From: Eledone cirrhosa
Taxonomy: Eukaryota
Assembly: GCA_964016885.1 (NCBI GenBank)
Contig: OZ024743.1
Location: forward strand, 38,750,001-38,814,000
DNA: 64,000 nt
Direction of reading: 5' to 3'
Shown piece after piece: positions 37,309 through 50,385 of the stretch. The translations under genes and the position numbers were made by a program. Position 1 is the stretch's first letter. Each line of letters starts with the position of its first letter. The notes beneath the pieces were generated by a model. That model was not told the DNA's origin, searched no databases, and worked only from the letters and a program-made list of their open reading frames with translations.

Positions 37309-40199
37309 TAGAGTTGTGATGGAGGGTCTGTGGTTTTTCTCATATCTGGTTGGTCTTTGAATGTTACTTGTTTTATATGGAATAAAGTGGCTCGAAACGC
37401 CAGGTTTTTAGAGAAGTAATTTGTTTGTTTGGTCAATATGTATAATAAATTTCGCGCCAGTTCGCGTTACAAAGTTCTTCAAACAAGAGGAGGGGTGGGG
37501 GTGCTCAGGTTGTTTTTTTCATATATGAGTGTTTGAATTAGTTTTTACTTAAAAAAATTGGCTCACCAAGGCTTTTAAAAAGAAAATGTAATCTGATTGT
37601 TTATAAATGAAATTATGCTGTCACGTGAACAAGTTCATTAAATTTCGCGCCCGTATTTCGGGATTTGTTTTGTAGCCATTTAGAGAATTTTATGACAATA
37701 AAAAGAGGGGCTCACGAAGGCTTTTTTTTAAAATGTAATTTGATTGGTTATAAATGGAATTATGCCTGTTACGTGAATAAGTTCATTAAAATTTCGCGCC
37801 CGTATCTGTGAATTTATTTTGTAGCCTTTTACAGATGGGATGGGAGAATTGTTCTGGTTCTGTGAATAAGGCTAGTTCGCTGGGGTGTCAGAGTACAGAT
37901 TTTCTATTGAAATAAAGAAAGTAGACATATGTATGTTTATTTGTGTGTTTGTGTGTGTGTATGTGTGTGTGTATGTGTGTGTATAGGAAGATGATTCTCT
38001 TGATAGAAATGGAGGAGGGAGTTGTGTGTGTGTGTATATGGGGGTTATGTGTGTGTGTGGGAGTATATTAAGATGGAGAGAATATATATATTTTGTGTGT
38101 GTGTGTATGTGTAGGAAAGCGATTCTATAAGTAGAAAATGGGCAGGTAGTTGTTTGTACGTGTGTGTGTGTGTGTGGGGGGGGGGTTATGTGTGTGTGTA
38201 TGGGTGTTATGTGTATGTGGGAGTATAGTTAGCATGTTAAGATGAAGAGAATATATATTTTGTGCGTGTGTGTGTGTGTGTGTAGAAAATGATTCCGTTA
38301 CTAGGAATATTTTTGAATGAACATATTTCCCTTACTTATACGTATTTGTTATGTTGTATTGTCAGCGCAAACGTATGTTAAGATTTATTTAGTTCGGGGT
38401 TTTATTTTCTAAAGTAGAAGGTGTTATGTGGGTGTGGGTGTGTATGTGTCTGTTTGGTTAGCATGTTATGGTGTTGACGTAATGTATTTTAAACCATAGT
38501 TAATGCTGGTTTATATTTTTGAATAAACATATTTTCCTCATTTATTCCTATTTGTTCTGTTGTATCTTCAGCGCAAAGGTAAAATGGGAAGACTTCGAAT
38601 TTGGGTGTCTTATTACTTGCGCAAATATCTAGATATGCGCTTAGTGGTCTGTCTCGTGGTTGGATCTCGTAATTGTTGGCGATGAACTGTCATTCCATTT
38701 CTGAGTGTGAGTTTAGTTTGTCCTATATAATATTCATTGCATCCTTTACATTTAATGGTATAAAGCAGATTATTTGATGAGCAAGTGAAGTAATTTTTAC
38801 AGCAAAATGTTGTCCTGATTTAAATGTATACGTGTTGCCTTCAATGAGGTGAGTGCAGGTTCCACAATTAAGGCAACCACATTTTTTGACAGTTGGTTGT
38901 GGGTTTATGGTAGGTAATTTGGCATTGGTGAATAATGTTTTCAGTGATTTCGGTTGTCTTTTGATTTTGATTATTTTGTGTGTTTCAATGGCTTTTTTCA
39001 TTCTTGGGTCTTGTTTCAGTAGTGGGATGTTCTTGTGAATAGGGTTGTAAGCTTCCGCATTTCTTGGGTTGTGTGTTGAGATATATGATAGAATATTGGA
39101 CGTACCTTGAATTTGTTTCTGTTTTCGTAATTCATGAATGCCTATTACTTTAGCCCTTTCTATTCCATTATTTATTAGTAAAGGTGGGTACTGTCTTTAG
39201 AGTAGAATTTCCTTTAATTCTTGAAGTCTTTTATTTCACGTTTAATAATTGGAGACAATTGTGCAAATTCTTCTTGCTAGATTAAAAGGAATGTTCGTCT
39301 ATGTGTGATTTGGGTGGTGGGAGGTGAATAGTATATTTTGTTTGGAATCTGTTGGTTTGTAGTGTATGTCAGTTTCAATATTTGCATCTTTTTTTTAAGA
39401 TTAAGATGTCCAGAAATGGGAGTTGATCTTGGCTGTATTCCATTGTGAATTGGATGTGGTTATTGATGCCGTTTATTAAATTTTTGAAATCATTCAGTTG
39501 GTCGAGTGTGTGGGGCCAAATAATGAGACAATCATCCAAGTAGCGTTTCCAATTCTCTGATAAATATTTGTGGAAATTCAATCCGTATTTTGATTTGGAC
39601 TGTTCATAAATATGGACTTCTAAGTATGCCATGACTAAGTTGGCATACGTCGTAGCGGCTTTTGTACCCATCGCAGTCCCCGATATTTGCTTGTAAGTAC
39701 TGCCATCGAAATCAAAAATGTTGTTCTGTAAGATAAATTTTAATCCCTCGGTGATGACGCTTATATATATATTAATATTATCTCACTTCTTAAATTAAAT
39801 ATATTATGTTTAACTGAAATAAGTGTTACTAGAAAACGCAGGACATGATGAGGTCTAAATTTACTTCAGCTAAGACGTCTGGTAGACACAAGTATATATT
39901 GTATAACGAAGTCAATTGGTTCGTATCCTTACACTCTCGAATTTTATTTATTCACTTTGATGATTATACCAACTTAGATATAAGAGTACGCACATTTAGT
40001 TAGTTATTAAATAATTGGCTAGGTGTAGGCAATCGTATCAGTATTCTAATTAAATCCGGACTGCGCTGCATTCTGTGCATAACATGCGCATCAGTAAGTG
40101 CTATTAAGAGAAATAATGTAATATTGCTAAATATTACATAAGTTGGATCAGCCAAGGATTTCCAAGCCAAATACACCAGAAGGGATTATCCAAATGACT

Positions 40200-40790
40200 G
40201 CTGCAGACCAAATGGCATCAGCGTTTTAAAAGAGTTGGTTTCTCTCTGATGAGAACAAGTTTAATGAGCACCAAAAGGTCAAGCAAATAAATGACACATG
40301 TGTATTCAGTGATACCAAAGATGCGCCAACGATCATACACAGTCTCCAAGCGATCTGGTAGTCGTAAATAACGAGGGAGATGACAAGCCTCCGCACATCA
40401 TTCTTCAGAACTTGTTAAAACGCTTGCAAGCAGTCGTTGGAGGGTGTTGTGACACCATGGATAGAATACTTGAGCGAAAACATCACTAAATCTACTACCA
40501 AAGATTCTGCGGCGTAACATTATGTCGGGACGTCTCAAGAATGGATTACATAGCTCCAAACATGTGGCTTACCAGCTCTCATGGCCCGAATCTGTTGGAC
40601 TTCTACGTATGATGCGTAGTAGAAAGTGAAGTCAACCAACGCTTCCACAACACTATGAAAATTCTGAAATCTTCAATATCAGGCAAAATCTCAAACATCG
40701 ATAAAAATCATCATACTCGGGAATGTCAATGTTTCGGACATAGTATTGAAGTAGTCAAGAAGATTGGCAGGTGCATTCATGTCAATATTT
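40200..40790 (+). mobile_element. Decayed Tc1/mariner transposase, DD37D/maT-like
   Basis: WFLSDENKF, VVNNEGD..PPH, DSAA*H...SQEW, PNMWLTSSHGPNLLDFYV*CVVE..VN...HNT (compare WPPSSPDLNPLDY.VW). Confidence 0.8.
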
Positions 40791-41255
40791 TCAAGAATGA
40801 AGGTCTTTCTTATGACATGCGACTTTTACCTAAGTTCATGGAAATGTCCTTAAAGATATGACGAAGATTAGACAAAATTGGTGAGATTAGTATGCATGGG
40901 TGACTGAAGGCCTTCCACAAACAAAGTTGCCCGGGCTTGCGCCTCGGAAAAGAACATTCTAGTAGCAAATAGCCTGGTAATTCGTGACAGAAGGGGTTAT
41001 TTACCATGTATAACAAACATTCTTTTTTTTCGGTATGAGATCTTTAAATAAACTGTGATCATGTCACTGTCAAATCAACAGCAATATGAGATAACATATC
41101 GGCACAGTTTCTGGATCATTATCTTTCTTCGCGAGAAATTACTCCATTCTACTGAGGCCAGAAAACTCTCGCTCATGAACATCGGTTGATGATGCTACCA
41201 GTACGGTGCATACACACATTCACACAGACTCACACGCGCACGCGCATGTGTGTAG

Positions 41256-41307
<52 letters not shown>

Positions 41308-41308
41308 A

Positions 41309-41599
41309 CCTTTGTTTAGCTTTAGTTTTTGCATTGGACTATATTTGTAATATGGTTCAAAATGTTATTGACTTCCTTAGCAATTTTTACTTGATAATTT
41401 TTACCCGATAATTTTCCTATAAATTACCCGATAAATTTCCTAATGTATGTACACTCCATATTCTTCTGAGTTTTTGGCTTGTATTGGCTGATAGTGCTTC
41501 TTATAGCTTTAATTGCCCTGATGAGTCCTTAATAGGACGAAACATTGTTGGTTAATAAAGACTTTTGATGTATTGAAGGCTTCTTTGGTTTATTTTCAT
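41309..41599 (+). mobile_element. 290-bp TA-flanked PLE 3' stub with a hammerhead
   Basis: Bounded by (TA)n, with a hammerhead followed by AATAAA. Confidence 0.7.
41511..41556 (+). ncRNA. Minimal type-I hammerhead ribozyme
   Basis: GCC-CTGATGA(41518-41524)-GTCCT TAAT AGGAC-GAAA-CATTG-TT-GGT. Confidence 0.8.
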
Positions 41600-41600
41600 A

Positions 41601-41661
<61 letters not shown>

Positions 41662-41672
41662 TATATATATAT

Positions 41673-41769
<97 letters not shown>

Positions 41770-41773
41770 CATA

Positions 41774-41825
<52 letters not shown>

Positions 41826-41828
41826 TAC

Positions 41829-41874
<46 letters not shown>

Positions 41875-42021
41875 TATTTTCCGTTGTGTTGTAATATAAA
41901 TATTACACACAGTAGATTGACAGCTCACGTAGAGTTTGCTCGACGGTTCCAGTTGAAATTCCAAAAGTAATCCGGAGAAAAATAGAAAGATTTGAATAGA
42001 TACAGTTTAGTTGAAAGGAAT

Positions 42022-42138
42022 TTATTGACACGTGTTTCTATAACAGTTACATAACCTGAAAACAGCTGCTATCTACAAAGTATTATGCAGACAATCAATA
42101 TTTCAATGTTATTATTTACTGTCATTTCATCAGAATAA
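42022..42138 (-). ncRNA. Type-I hammerhead with ~85-nt stem II (3' pLTR)
   Basis: TTATT-CTGATGA-(ATGACAGT/ACTGTTAT, ATAAC/GTTAT, TGAAA/TTTCA, TTGTCTGCA/TGTAGATAG)-GAAA-CACGTG-TC-AATAA. Confidence 0.82.
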
Positions 42139-42686
42139 TATTACTGAGGACCTGTTTGGTTTTTATAGAGAATATTAGGAGAGAGGGGTGAAGTTGTTAG
42201 AAGAATATTTGAGGGAGTGGTTTTTTTATAGCAGTGAGAATTTTTGGTGGCAGTGAGTAATTAGATTCCCATCTGTTGTTTTGACATATTTATAGAATAT
42301 ATTATTGGTTATTTTTCTAAATCTGTAGAGGGATTAGAGATAGTAAAGATATGCGTGGTTGGTTTAGTGTTTGCACTTAATTAACATTCAGACTTACATT
42401 TTTTCTTTCCAGTGTACGTATCCTTTCACCCACGCATTCTCACAGAAACATATTTGCACCCCTCTACAAAATACATATACTCACATTCACATAGTAACAT
42501 GTTCATACTTACATACATATACACATGCATACATATATATATACACACATGTACTCATGTACATACGTACGCGTTCATGTGTGTACATTTTCATACTCAA
42601 CTTATCTTTATATACACATGTATAGACACACACATATATACATACATACTCTAGTCTATGTGTACATATATACACATACATATACA

Positions 42687-42744
<58 letters not shown>

Positions 42745-43020
42745 CACTTTAATACATGAATACACTTACATCAAACTATACACATCAAACATATATATAT
42801 ATTTACTTATTTATATACATTTTCACATATATATACATACTTATGGTCGCTTTTAGACACATTCATTATGGCATTTTTGCACCTATTCTCATCAGCATAT
42901 CTTTCCATTATTAGTGTGGTAATTTGAGGTTATTAATTTACATATATATGTTGAGAAGAAATTGTTTTTATATTTTTCTAACTAGATTGAGGTTTATATA
43001 GTTGGGGGGATGTCCCTCTT

Positions 43021-43532
43021 TTATGTAATATTCGGCTTGCAGTGGGAAAAAAGGGTTTTAGTTCGGTGACGGCAAAATAATGTTCGTTCAATTCTGTTAT
43101 TCAGCAATTTCTTCTTGTGTGTGATTATGTAATAAATCTCAAGATTACACAATTTGCAGAAATTTTGGCTCCTGGAAAAGCTTTGGGTTTTAGCTAATTT
43201 CTCCCATTTTAGGGTAAACTTTTGATCGCTATCCCTGAGCGTCCAAGCTTTTTCTGCTAAAGTTGTTACATTTCTTTGGCTCTGGTGTTTTATTGAGTAA
43301 GAATGCCTATATAATCGAGATTTAAACGATGTTGCCGTTGATCCCACGTAATACCACTCGTTGCCTCCGGATTTAATGGTACACTTATAAATAATATTTT
43401 TTTCCAGGCAGTTATTGCCGAGGGGGCAGTTGTCAGGATAGGTGCAGTTACAGTTGTGTACGTTGGGTTTTCTCTGGAGTAGTATGGCGGACGAACTTAG
43501 GTGTGGTTTATTTATGTTCTGTAGTGTATTGT
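43021..43532 (-). CDS. PLE linker and GIY-YIG endonuclease, -1 frame relative to the RT ORF
   Basis: HNCNCTYPDNCPLGNNCLEKNIIYKC...YYVGSTATSFKSRLYRH...CKLCNLE...LFCRH, open to the stop at 43021. Confidence 0.9.
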
Positions 43533-45341
43533 CTACTGTTTTTTTGTGTTCTTTGTACTTAAGTTTTTAGTGTTTTCGTTTAACCTTTTAGTATTGATCC
43601 TTTTTATGTGTTGTTCAAGGTTTAACGCTGTAGAGTATGACAGTCTTATAGTGGTAGGGTTTAGGATTTTGTGGTATTTGTGTGATGTAGGAAAATGTCT
43701 CTTAATTATTTTAAAGAAGAGTACTGGTAGATTTGTACTAATGGAACTATTGTATTCGGGGTTATACCATAAGTACTCTTTGCATCGCTTTCGATTTGTT
43801 TTGTTTGTTGGTTTACTGGTGTGCATACTATGGTAGTAAGTGTGGTTTGGTGTTGTGTTATTATATCTACCTATGTGGGATTTATTTTGGGTGTTTTGAT
43901 TGTTCCCATCTATATACTCTATTTTGTTGAGGTGGCCTGCTTTACCAAGGGCGTTATCGTAGTATTCGGCGTGTTCCTTAAATACTTGTATGTTAGAAGA
44001 TAGACCCGAGATTCTAAGGGAAATACTTTTAGGGATAGATTTAATTATAGAGATGGGGTGGTTAGACCCAACATTTACGTATTTGAGATTTTCATTCAAA
44101 TTATGAAACGGTTTAATCAGACCAGAGTTTAAATTGAGTGTGACATCAAGGAAGTTAACTACTTTAAGGTTGTATTCATATGTTATAGTTAGTCCTATTT
44201 CGAGTAGTAGTTTTCTTTTATCTTTGCGTAGTTTTTCTAGTTTTTGGTTATTTAGGTTTTTAACTAGGAGGAGAACATTGTCGCGGTATATTCCGCCGTG
44301 GAGATTGCTGAATTTTTCCTGGAGTCTAAAGGCGATAAATAACCCCACAATATCAGTTATTTCCGCCGAATCGTTAGAGCCCATTGTTATGTCAAAGTTA
44401 GAGGGTCTATCTTTACGTACCCAATAACTGTTCTCAAATTTGACTATAGTTTTCCTAGCTTCTAATATAATCTTAATTTCATCGTTTGTAAGGTCAGAGT
44501 TATCCTTAGCAAACTTAATGGCTCTATTCAAAGTTTCAGGTGATATCGATGAGTAATATTCATCGATATCAAACTGGATAAACTTAGATTTATTCTTATT
44601 GCTAATGCTATTAAACCATCTTATTGCTTCTTGGGTCTTCCCCCAGAGTTTAATGTTAACCTTAGCCTTAATTTGGGGGATAATTCTATCCAAGATATAT
44701 TTGCTTATTTTACCTATATCTGATTTAGAGGGGCAGATTAATCTAATTTTAGGGTCGTTATCAAAGTTTACCTTATGGTCCTTAAGATTGAAGGTGGGTA
44801 CCGCCGGTAAGAGTGGTCCTGTCCTATCTTCGATTCCGAGATTTTTCACTATTTCGCATGCCTCATCATTGATGTGCTTAAGAGTTACTTCATTCGTTTT
44901 TCTATATTTTTTATGTAATTCTTCTCGAATGAAGTTGTTGTATGTAGTGCAATCCATAGTATACAGGTTTGATGTTTTGTCCGCTTTTACTACGATTCCT
45001 TTGGTGTTTTTAAGGTCGTCCAGTAGTTTTTTTATATCTTTCTGTAATTTGTTGTTGGTGTTACGTCCTTTGCATTTAATTTTAAGGATTAAGTTCATAA
45101 GGTCCTGCTCAAATGCATCTAATAGTGGGTTGGTGGGTGGGTTTTTACACGTTCTAAAACCGAATTTGTTGTTTACACCACTTTCCAATGGTGAGTTCAT
45201 ACGGCTTCTATCATAGTGGAACGTTTTCCACCTGACATGTCGAATGAATTCATTAGTTTTTTGAATCATACTCAATAAGTATTCCTTTTTACCTTGGGTT
45301 GGTATGTCTTTGAGTGACATATCCAGGTAGTGTTTTTCCAT
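43533..45341 (-). CDS. PLE reverse transcriptase (602 aa), catalytic YRDD changed to YRDN
   Basis: KADKT, LKDHK, IRLICP, FIQFDIDEYYSSI, FDITMGSNDSAE, GGIYRDN, VNFLDVTL, YVNVGSNHP, LWYNPEY. Confidence 0.95.
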   Translation of the reverse strand: MEKHYLDMSLKDIPTQGKKEYLLSMIQKTNEFIRHVRWKTFHYDRSRMNSPLESGVNNKFGFRTCKNPPTNPLLDAFEQDLMNLILKIKCKGRNTNNKLQKDIKKLLDDLKNTKGIVVKADKTSNLYTMDCTTYNNFIREELHKKYRKTNEVTLKHINDEACEIVKNLGIEDRTGPLLPAVPTFNLKDHKVNFDNDPKIRLICPSKSDIGKISKYILDRIIPQIKAKVNIKLWGKTQEAIRWFNSISNKNKSKFIQFDIDEYYSSISPETLNRAIKFAKDNSDLTNDEIKIILEARKTIVKFENSYWVRKDRPSNFDITMGSNDSAEITDIVGLFIAFRLQEKFSNLHGGIYRDNVLLLVKNLNNQKLEKLRKDKRKLLLEIGLTITYEYNLKVVNFLDVTLNLNSGLIKPFHNLNENLKYVNVGSNHPISIIKSIPKSISLRISGLSSNIQVFKEHAEYYDNALGKAGHLNKIEYIDGNNQNTQNKSHIGRYNNTTPNHTYYHSMHTSKPTNKTNRKRCKEYLWYNPEYNSSISTNLPVLFFKIIKRHFPTSHKYHKILNPTTIRLSYSTALNLEQHIKRINTKRLNENTKNLSTKNTKKQ

Positions 45342-45545
45342 TGTTGTGGTTGCGTTTGCTGTGTGGGTTGCTCGACTTTACAGGAGGTAAATATACAGTA
45401 TTTTCCGTTGTGTTGTAATATAAATATTACACACAGTAGATTGACAGCTCACGTAGAGTTTGCTCGACGGTTCCAGTTGAAATTCCAAAAGTAATCCGGA
45501 GAAAAATAGAAAAATCTGAATGGATACAGTTTAGTTGAAAGGAAT

Positions 45546-45662
45546 TTATTGACACGTGTTTCTATAACAGTTACATAACCTGAAAACAGCTGCTATCTAC
45601 AAAGTATTATGCAGACAATCAATATTTCAATGTTATTATTTACTGTCATTTCATCAGAATAA
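45546..45662 (-). ncRNA. Type-I hammerhead with long stem II (5' pLTR), ~210 nt upstream of the RT ATG
   Basis: Same sequence and fold as 42022-42138. Confidence 0.82.
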
Positions 45663-45823
45663 TATTACTGAGGACCTGTTTGGTTTTTATAGAGAATGTT
45701 AGGAGAGAGGGGTGAAGTTGTTAGAAGAATAGTTGAGGGAGTGGTTTTTTGATAGCAGTGAGAATGTTTGGTGGCAGTGAGTAATTAGATTCCCATCTGT
45801 TGTTTTGACATATTTATAGAATA

Positions 45824-45951
45824 TATATATATATTTATATATATATATATTTATAGAATATATATATATATATATAGATACATATATATATATATAGATA
45901 CATATATATATATATTCATACATATATATATATATATATATAAATATATAC

Positions 45952-46016
<65 letters not shown>

Positions 46017-46059
46017 TACATACATACATACATACATATATATACATATATATATATGT

Positions 46060-46104
<45 letters not shown>

Positions 46105-46107
46105 TAC

Positions 46108-46142
<35 letters not shown>

Positions 46143-46220
46143 CATACATATATACATATATATATACATATATATATATATATACATACATATATATATA
46201 TATATACATACATACATACA

Positions 46221-46274
<54 letters not shown>

Positions 46275-46275
46275 C

Positions 46276-46314
<39 letters not shown>

Positions 46315-46323
46315 TATACACAC

Positions 46324-46400
<77 letters not shown>

Positions 46401-46411
46401 TATGTATATAC

Positions 46412-46444
<33 letters not shown>

Positions 46445-46450
46445 CATATA

Positions 46451-46495
<45 letters not shown>
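45824..46495. repeat. ~670-bp compound (TA)n/(TACA)n tract
   Basis: Seen directly. Confidence 0.97.
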
Positions 46496-46499
<4 letters not shown>

Positions 46500-48308
46500 C
46501 ACAGATGGGCGTGCGCGTGTGTGTGTGTGTGTGAGTCTGTGTATGCACAGTACTGGTAACATCATCAGCCGATGTTCATGAGCCAAAGTTTTTCTGGCCT
46601 CAGCAGAATGGAGTAAGTTCTCGCGAAGAAAGTTATTGATCCAGAAACTGTGCCGACATTTTATCTCATATTGCTGTTGATTTGACAGTGACATGATCAC
46701 AGTTTATTTAAAGATCTCACACCGAAAAAAAAGAATGTTTGTTATACATGGTAAAGAACCCCTTCTGTCACGAATTACCAGGCTATTTGCTACTAGAATG
46801 TTCTTTTCCGAGGCGCAAGTCCGGGCAACTTTGTTTGTGGAAGGCCTGCAGACATACATATATACAGGGACCGTTAAATTGATTCTGTGTGTCTGTATGG
46901 ATTCGTGTGCATTCATATAACAAAATGATTGAGAGAAAATTGTAGTAGAGTATGAAGCCTCCACAATTCAAACAAAATACTATATAATAAGAAAATATAT
47001 AGAAAATGCTATTATAACTGAAATGTATACACACGATACCAGCAGCGACTTTCAGATATAAAGAATTGGATAATTACATTTTATACGCTGTGAACATCGA
47101 AGTAAATAGAGATTTAATGAAAACATGTACAATATTATTTTGTTATTTTTCTCTCAAAATAAAATTAAAATAATATATATTTACTAGCATTAATACAGTG
47201 TAAAATATTGGAAGGCAATAGCAAGTGTTAAACATCAGACAATAGCAAAGCTTTAGAATGCTTTCATTATATGGCTTTAAACATTTGTGTGCATGGGTCT
47301 TTAAATCCAGCTTTCATCTGAGGGGCGTTGTAGTGATGTACAGCTTGTGTTGGAGATGTAAACCTGGAGGAGTCTATCAGCCTCCAATGATAAAGACATC
47401 TGATCTTTTCGGAGAAAGCGACAAGAAAGAGCAAGGGGGTAAGAAAGAGATATAATAGACGAATTAATTTCAACACTAGACTGGTACTTTATCTATCAAC
47501 CTTGAAATGATGAAAAGAAAAATTTGGCTGTTCGTTTGTATTTGCTTTGAGTCAGCACTAAAGCGGAGCGAATGCTGTGAATCATCTTATGCAATGTTCG
47601 AATGAGGCTTTCAGTTTGCTGCCTAATTAATACTTATATCGTACAACAGGATTACGTGTATCCAAAGACCATTCAAACATAATGTAGATACTAGAGGTTG
47701 TACAATAGGATGTAGAATCTAGAATAGGAGGAATACTGGATGACTAATGTGTGAAACTGCACGTCAGGGTGTATGAAGTGTCGTTTTCAGGCAAGTAATT
47801 GTCAGGCGAAAAAGTGGTAAGGACGCAAGTTAGTTGCTGCCTGTAAAGCTCTCGCCTTTATGGATTCAAATGATGATTTAATGAATGTAATATACATGCA
47901 GTTACAGTTAGGGGAAACATTTGTATCACTCTTATAGCGAGGAATGATGATGAAACGTATTCGGTAAGGTGAAGGGTTGACCAAAATCTTTTAAGAAACT
48001 TTAGCTTAGTCACGTATAATGAAATGGATTTAGTCTTGCTAAGTATATTTCTGGAGTGAACCCATTTAATTTTCTTCAAAGATAAACATCACATGGTTAT
48101 CCTGCTAACCGATCTAGCCATGACATGTTTAGAGCTTAAATATTCAAAGTGAGACGAAATATATATTTATTATACGTAAACATATCGTATATGAGTTATT
48201 ATGAGTTAGTGCTACCGCAGATTATATATATAATTCTTATATTATCATTTTAACATTATTCTTCATGCTTCCTCCAACAAATAATGATATTCAATTTAGG
48301 CAACTTAC

Positions 48309-48716
48309 ATGGTTTTGCAATATATACTCTGGAATACGTAATTGAATGTATCACGGGATTGGCAAGACGCTAGTTTCTGGGAATTTCTCCGTGATTTTTA
48401 GACGAAGGAGGGAACGGATTTCAGGCCCACTATTTAGCTTGGTATAGATTTGCTAGGTGGATAATGAAATTAATATCAGGCCTCGTCATAATGCTGATGG
48501 CATTTCTACAGCTGCTATGGACGGTGAAGTTAATATTTCATCTGTTGCTGCTTTATTTATTAGATTTATAGTATACCCTGATTGATAATGATATTAAGTA
48601 TGTCACCTTATCTTGAGACTGAAGTCTGTTATGAAGGTGTAAGTTGTACTCAAATTGTACATCTATACAAACGCTTACAAAAGTATGAACTCCGGTAAGA
48701 GCAGAAAATGTGCCAT
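48309..48716 (-). pseudogene. Decayed Ig-like exon
   Basis: Acceptor CCCGTTTTCAG and donor GTAAGT bound 408 nt (phase 1-1). DGTFSALTGVHTFVSVCIDVQFEY...IRSLLRLKITEKF. Internal stops. Confidence 0.35.
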
Positions 48717-48789
48717 CTGAAAACGGGTGATGGATTAATGACGGCGGAGACAATGATAATGGTGATAACACTTATGATACAAATGATAG

Positions 48790-48820
<31 letters not shown>

Positions 48821-50289
48821 GATGGTGATGATGATGATGGTGAAAAGTTTCATGAAAATCACTTACACTGATGCAATTAATGTTTAAAGTCATTACTAGT
48901 CTAGTTATTGTGTGGTGCAACTTAAAAACAATAAAAAAAAATATATATATATTTCTACTGTTTTCGATTTCATTGCTTCTTGGCTGCGTTACTACATCAT
49001 GCACAATCCTCAGTGCAGGACATTGTTTCAAGAGAAAATTACTTCGATTACATTCATTTATGAATCGGTGATTACGAAGAATCGATATGCCTAATAAAAG
49101 AAATTAATTAGTCAACTTTTCTAAGCCAATTTCAGTTATCAAGTCTAATTTAAGTAATTGTTTTAATGACGAAAGTCAAAACAATATTTGGCAATGAGTA
49201 ACGGTAAAGTAAAATGATAGAAACATGATTGCAACTCGTTTATTACTGACACACGCAGATACACATAGTCTTAGATGTAGTCGTATAACGCTATAGGCAA
49301 TATTTCTTTCAATCATACCGTATATTCGATGTTATGTGGTAGGTATGCTTATAGAAGCAAATATCTATCCATTTCAATATGCCTATGTACATATATTTAT
49401 ATCTGCAAATATACATAGCCACACACAAAAACACACACAGAGTTACATTGAATCTACTCTATATCTACAGTGGTTTTAGTTACTATTTTCCTACTCTTGC
49501 CTAGGTGTAAAGCCTGCAGCTTTCCTTAAGTATTTTAGGTTTGACTTCAAATATATATCCGTTATAGTATATAAGGCAGTTATCGAAGCGTTCTTCGACT
49601 AACAATAACCCAGGCGTTTCAGTGAATATATTTCACAAACACTACGCACTCTATATTATTTATTAAACATACATTGAAAAGTATCATTTATTTTTATATT
49701 TTACTGAAGCATATATTAGGTAACCCAAAATTGAGAATATTTAAAGTGACTATTAATTCAAATGTTTGTCCCTTTCTACAAACACATGTATACGCTTCCA
49801 TCGATAACCTACTCCCACTTGTTTTCAGTGACTTTTCTCTATCACGTGGGAAATGTAGCGGTGGTAACACCTACAATACGATTCCTCTATGTAAAGTATT
49901 CATTTTCAAGGCTTTATAAAATATAGTTTAACAGGATATATTGTAAATGTTTTCTTCAGTACACATGATGTTGTCCGTTCGATCATTATCATGTAATATC
50001 AAAAAGGATCAAATCATGAATATTTTTATACGTAAAGTGTCTTCCTAGTTCTACAATTCCTAAAGTTAGAATTGTCCTAGAGAAAAAACGTCTCTTTAAA
50101 TATATACAACACCCCCACCAACACGCACGCACTCACCCGAACAAACAAACACACACATATATACACACGTGATATATCATTTGCCTGTTATTGTTTATGC
50201 TACGTAGCTTATAGCCACAATAGTACCTTAGGAAGCAGACAGCAACATTTGAGTATATATGTTCATACAATATAAACATACGTATATAT

Positions 50290-50377
<88 letters not shown>

Positions 50378-50385
<8 letters not shown>

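Larger units (their letters stand above)
35948..39760 (-). mobile_element. 5'-truncated Penelope-like element (Neptune-like Cys-rich linker) with partial tandem pLTR duplication
   Basis: RT GTAMGTKAA..YANL, WKRYLDDC, LPFLD. Linker KCGCLNCGTC. GIY-YIG YTIKCKGCNEYYIGQT. Repeat units 35948-37025 and 37140-38240. Confidence 0.9.
41871..45823 (-). mobile_element. Near full-length Penelope-like element with ~430-bp direct pLTRs (45395-45823 and 41871-42300), inserted in (TA)n
   Basis: Highly similar direct repeats, RT and GIY-YIG ORF, hammerhead in each pLTR. The CxC..C linker and TA preference suggest the Hydra-type PLE clade (inference). Confidence 0.95.
40908..46847. repeat. ~350-bp diverged inverted repeat (40908-41260 and 46496-46847) enclosing TA tracts and later PLE insertions
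   Basis: AGGCCTTCCACAAACAAAGTTGCCCGG... and its reverse complement. Confidence 0.92.

Noticed and set aside
40247-40253. CTGATGA
   Set aside because: It is the coding SDE motif of the Tc1/mariner remnant.
43546-45216. Plus-strand ORFs up to 205 aa
   Set aside because: Antisense shadows of the RT ORF.
45360-45455. Possible 5'-UTR intron in the PLE (GTGAGC...AG, minus strand)
   Set aside because: The signals are weak and cannot be supported without transcripts.
48735-49031. Poly-His ORF
   Set aside because: (GAT)n microsatellite.
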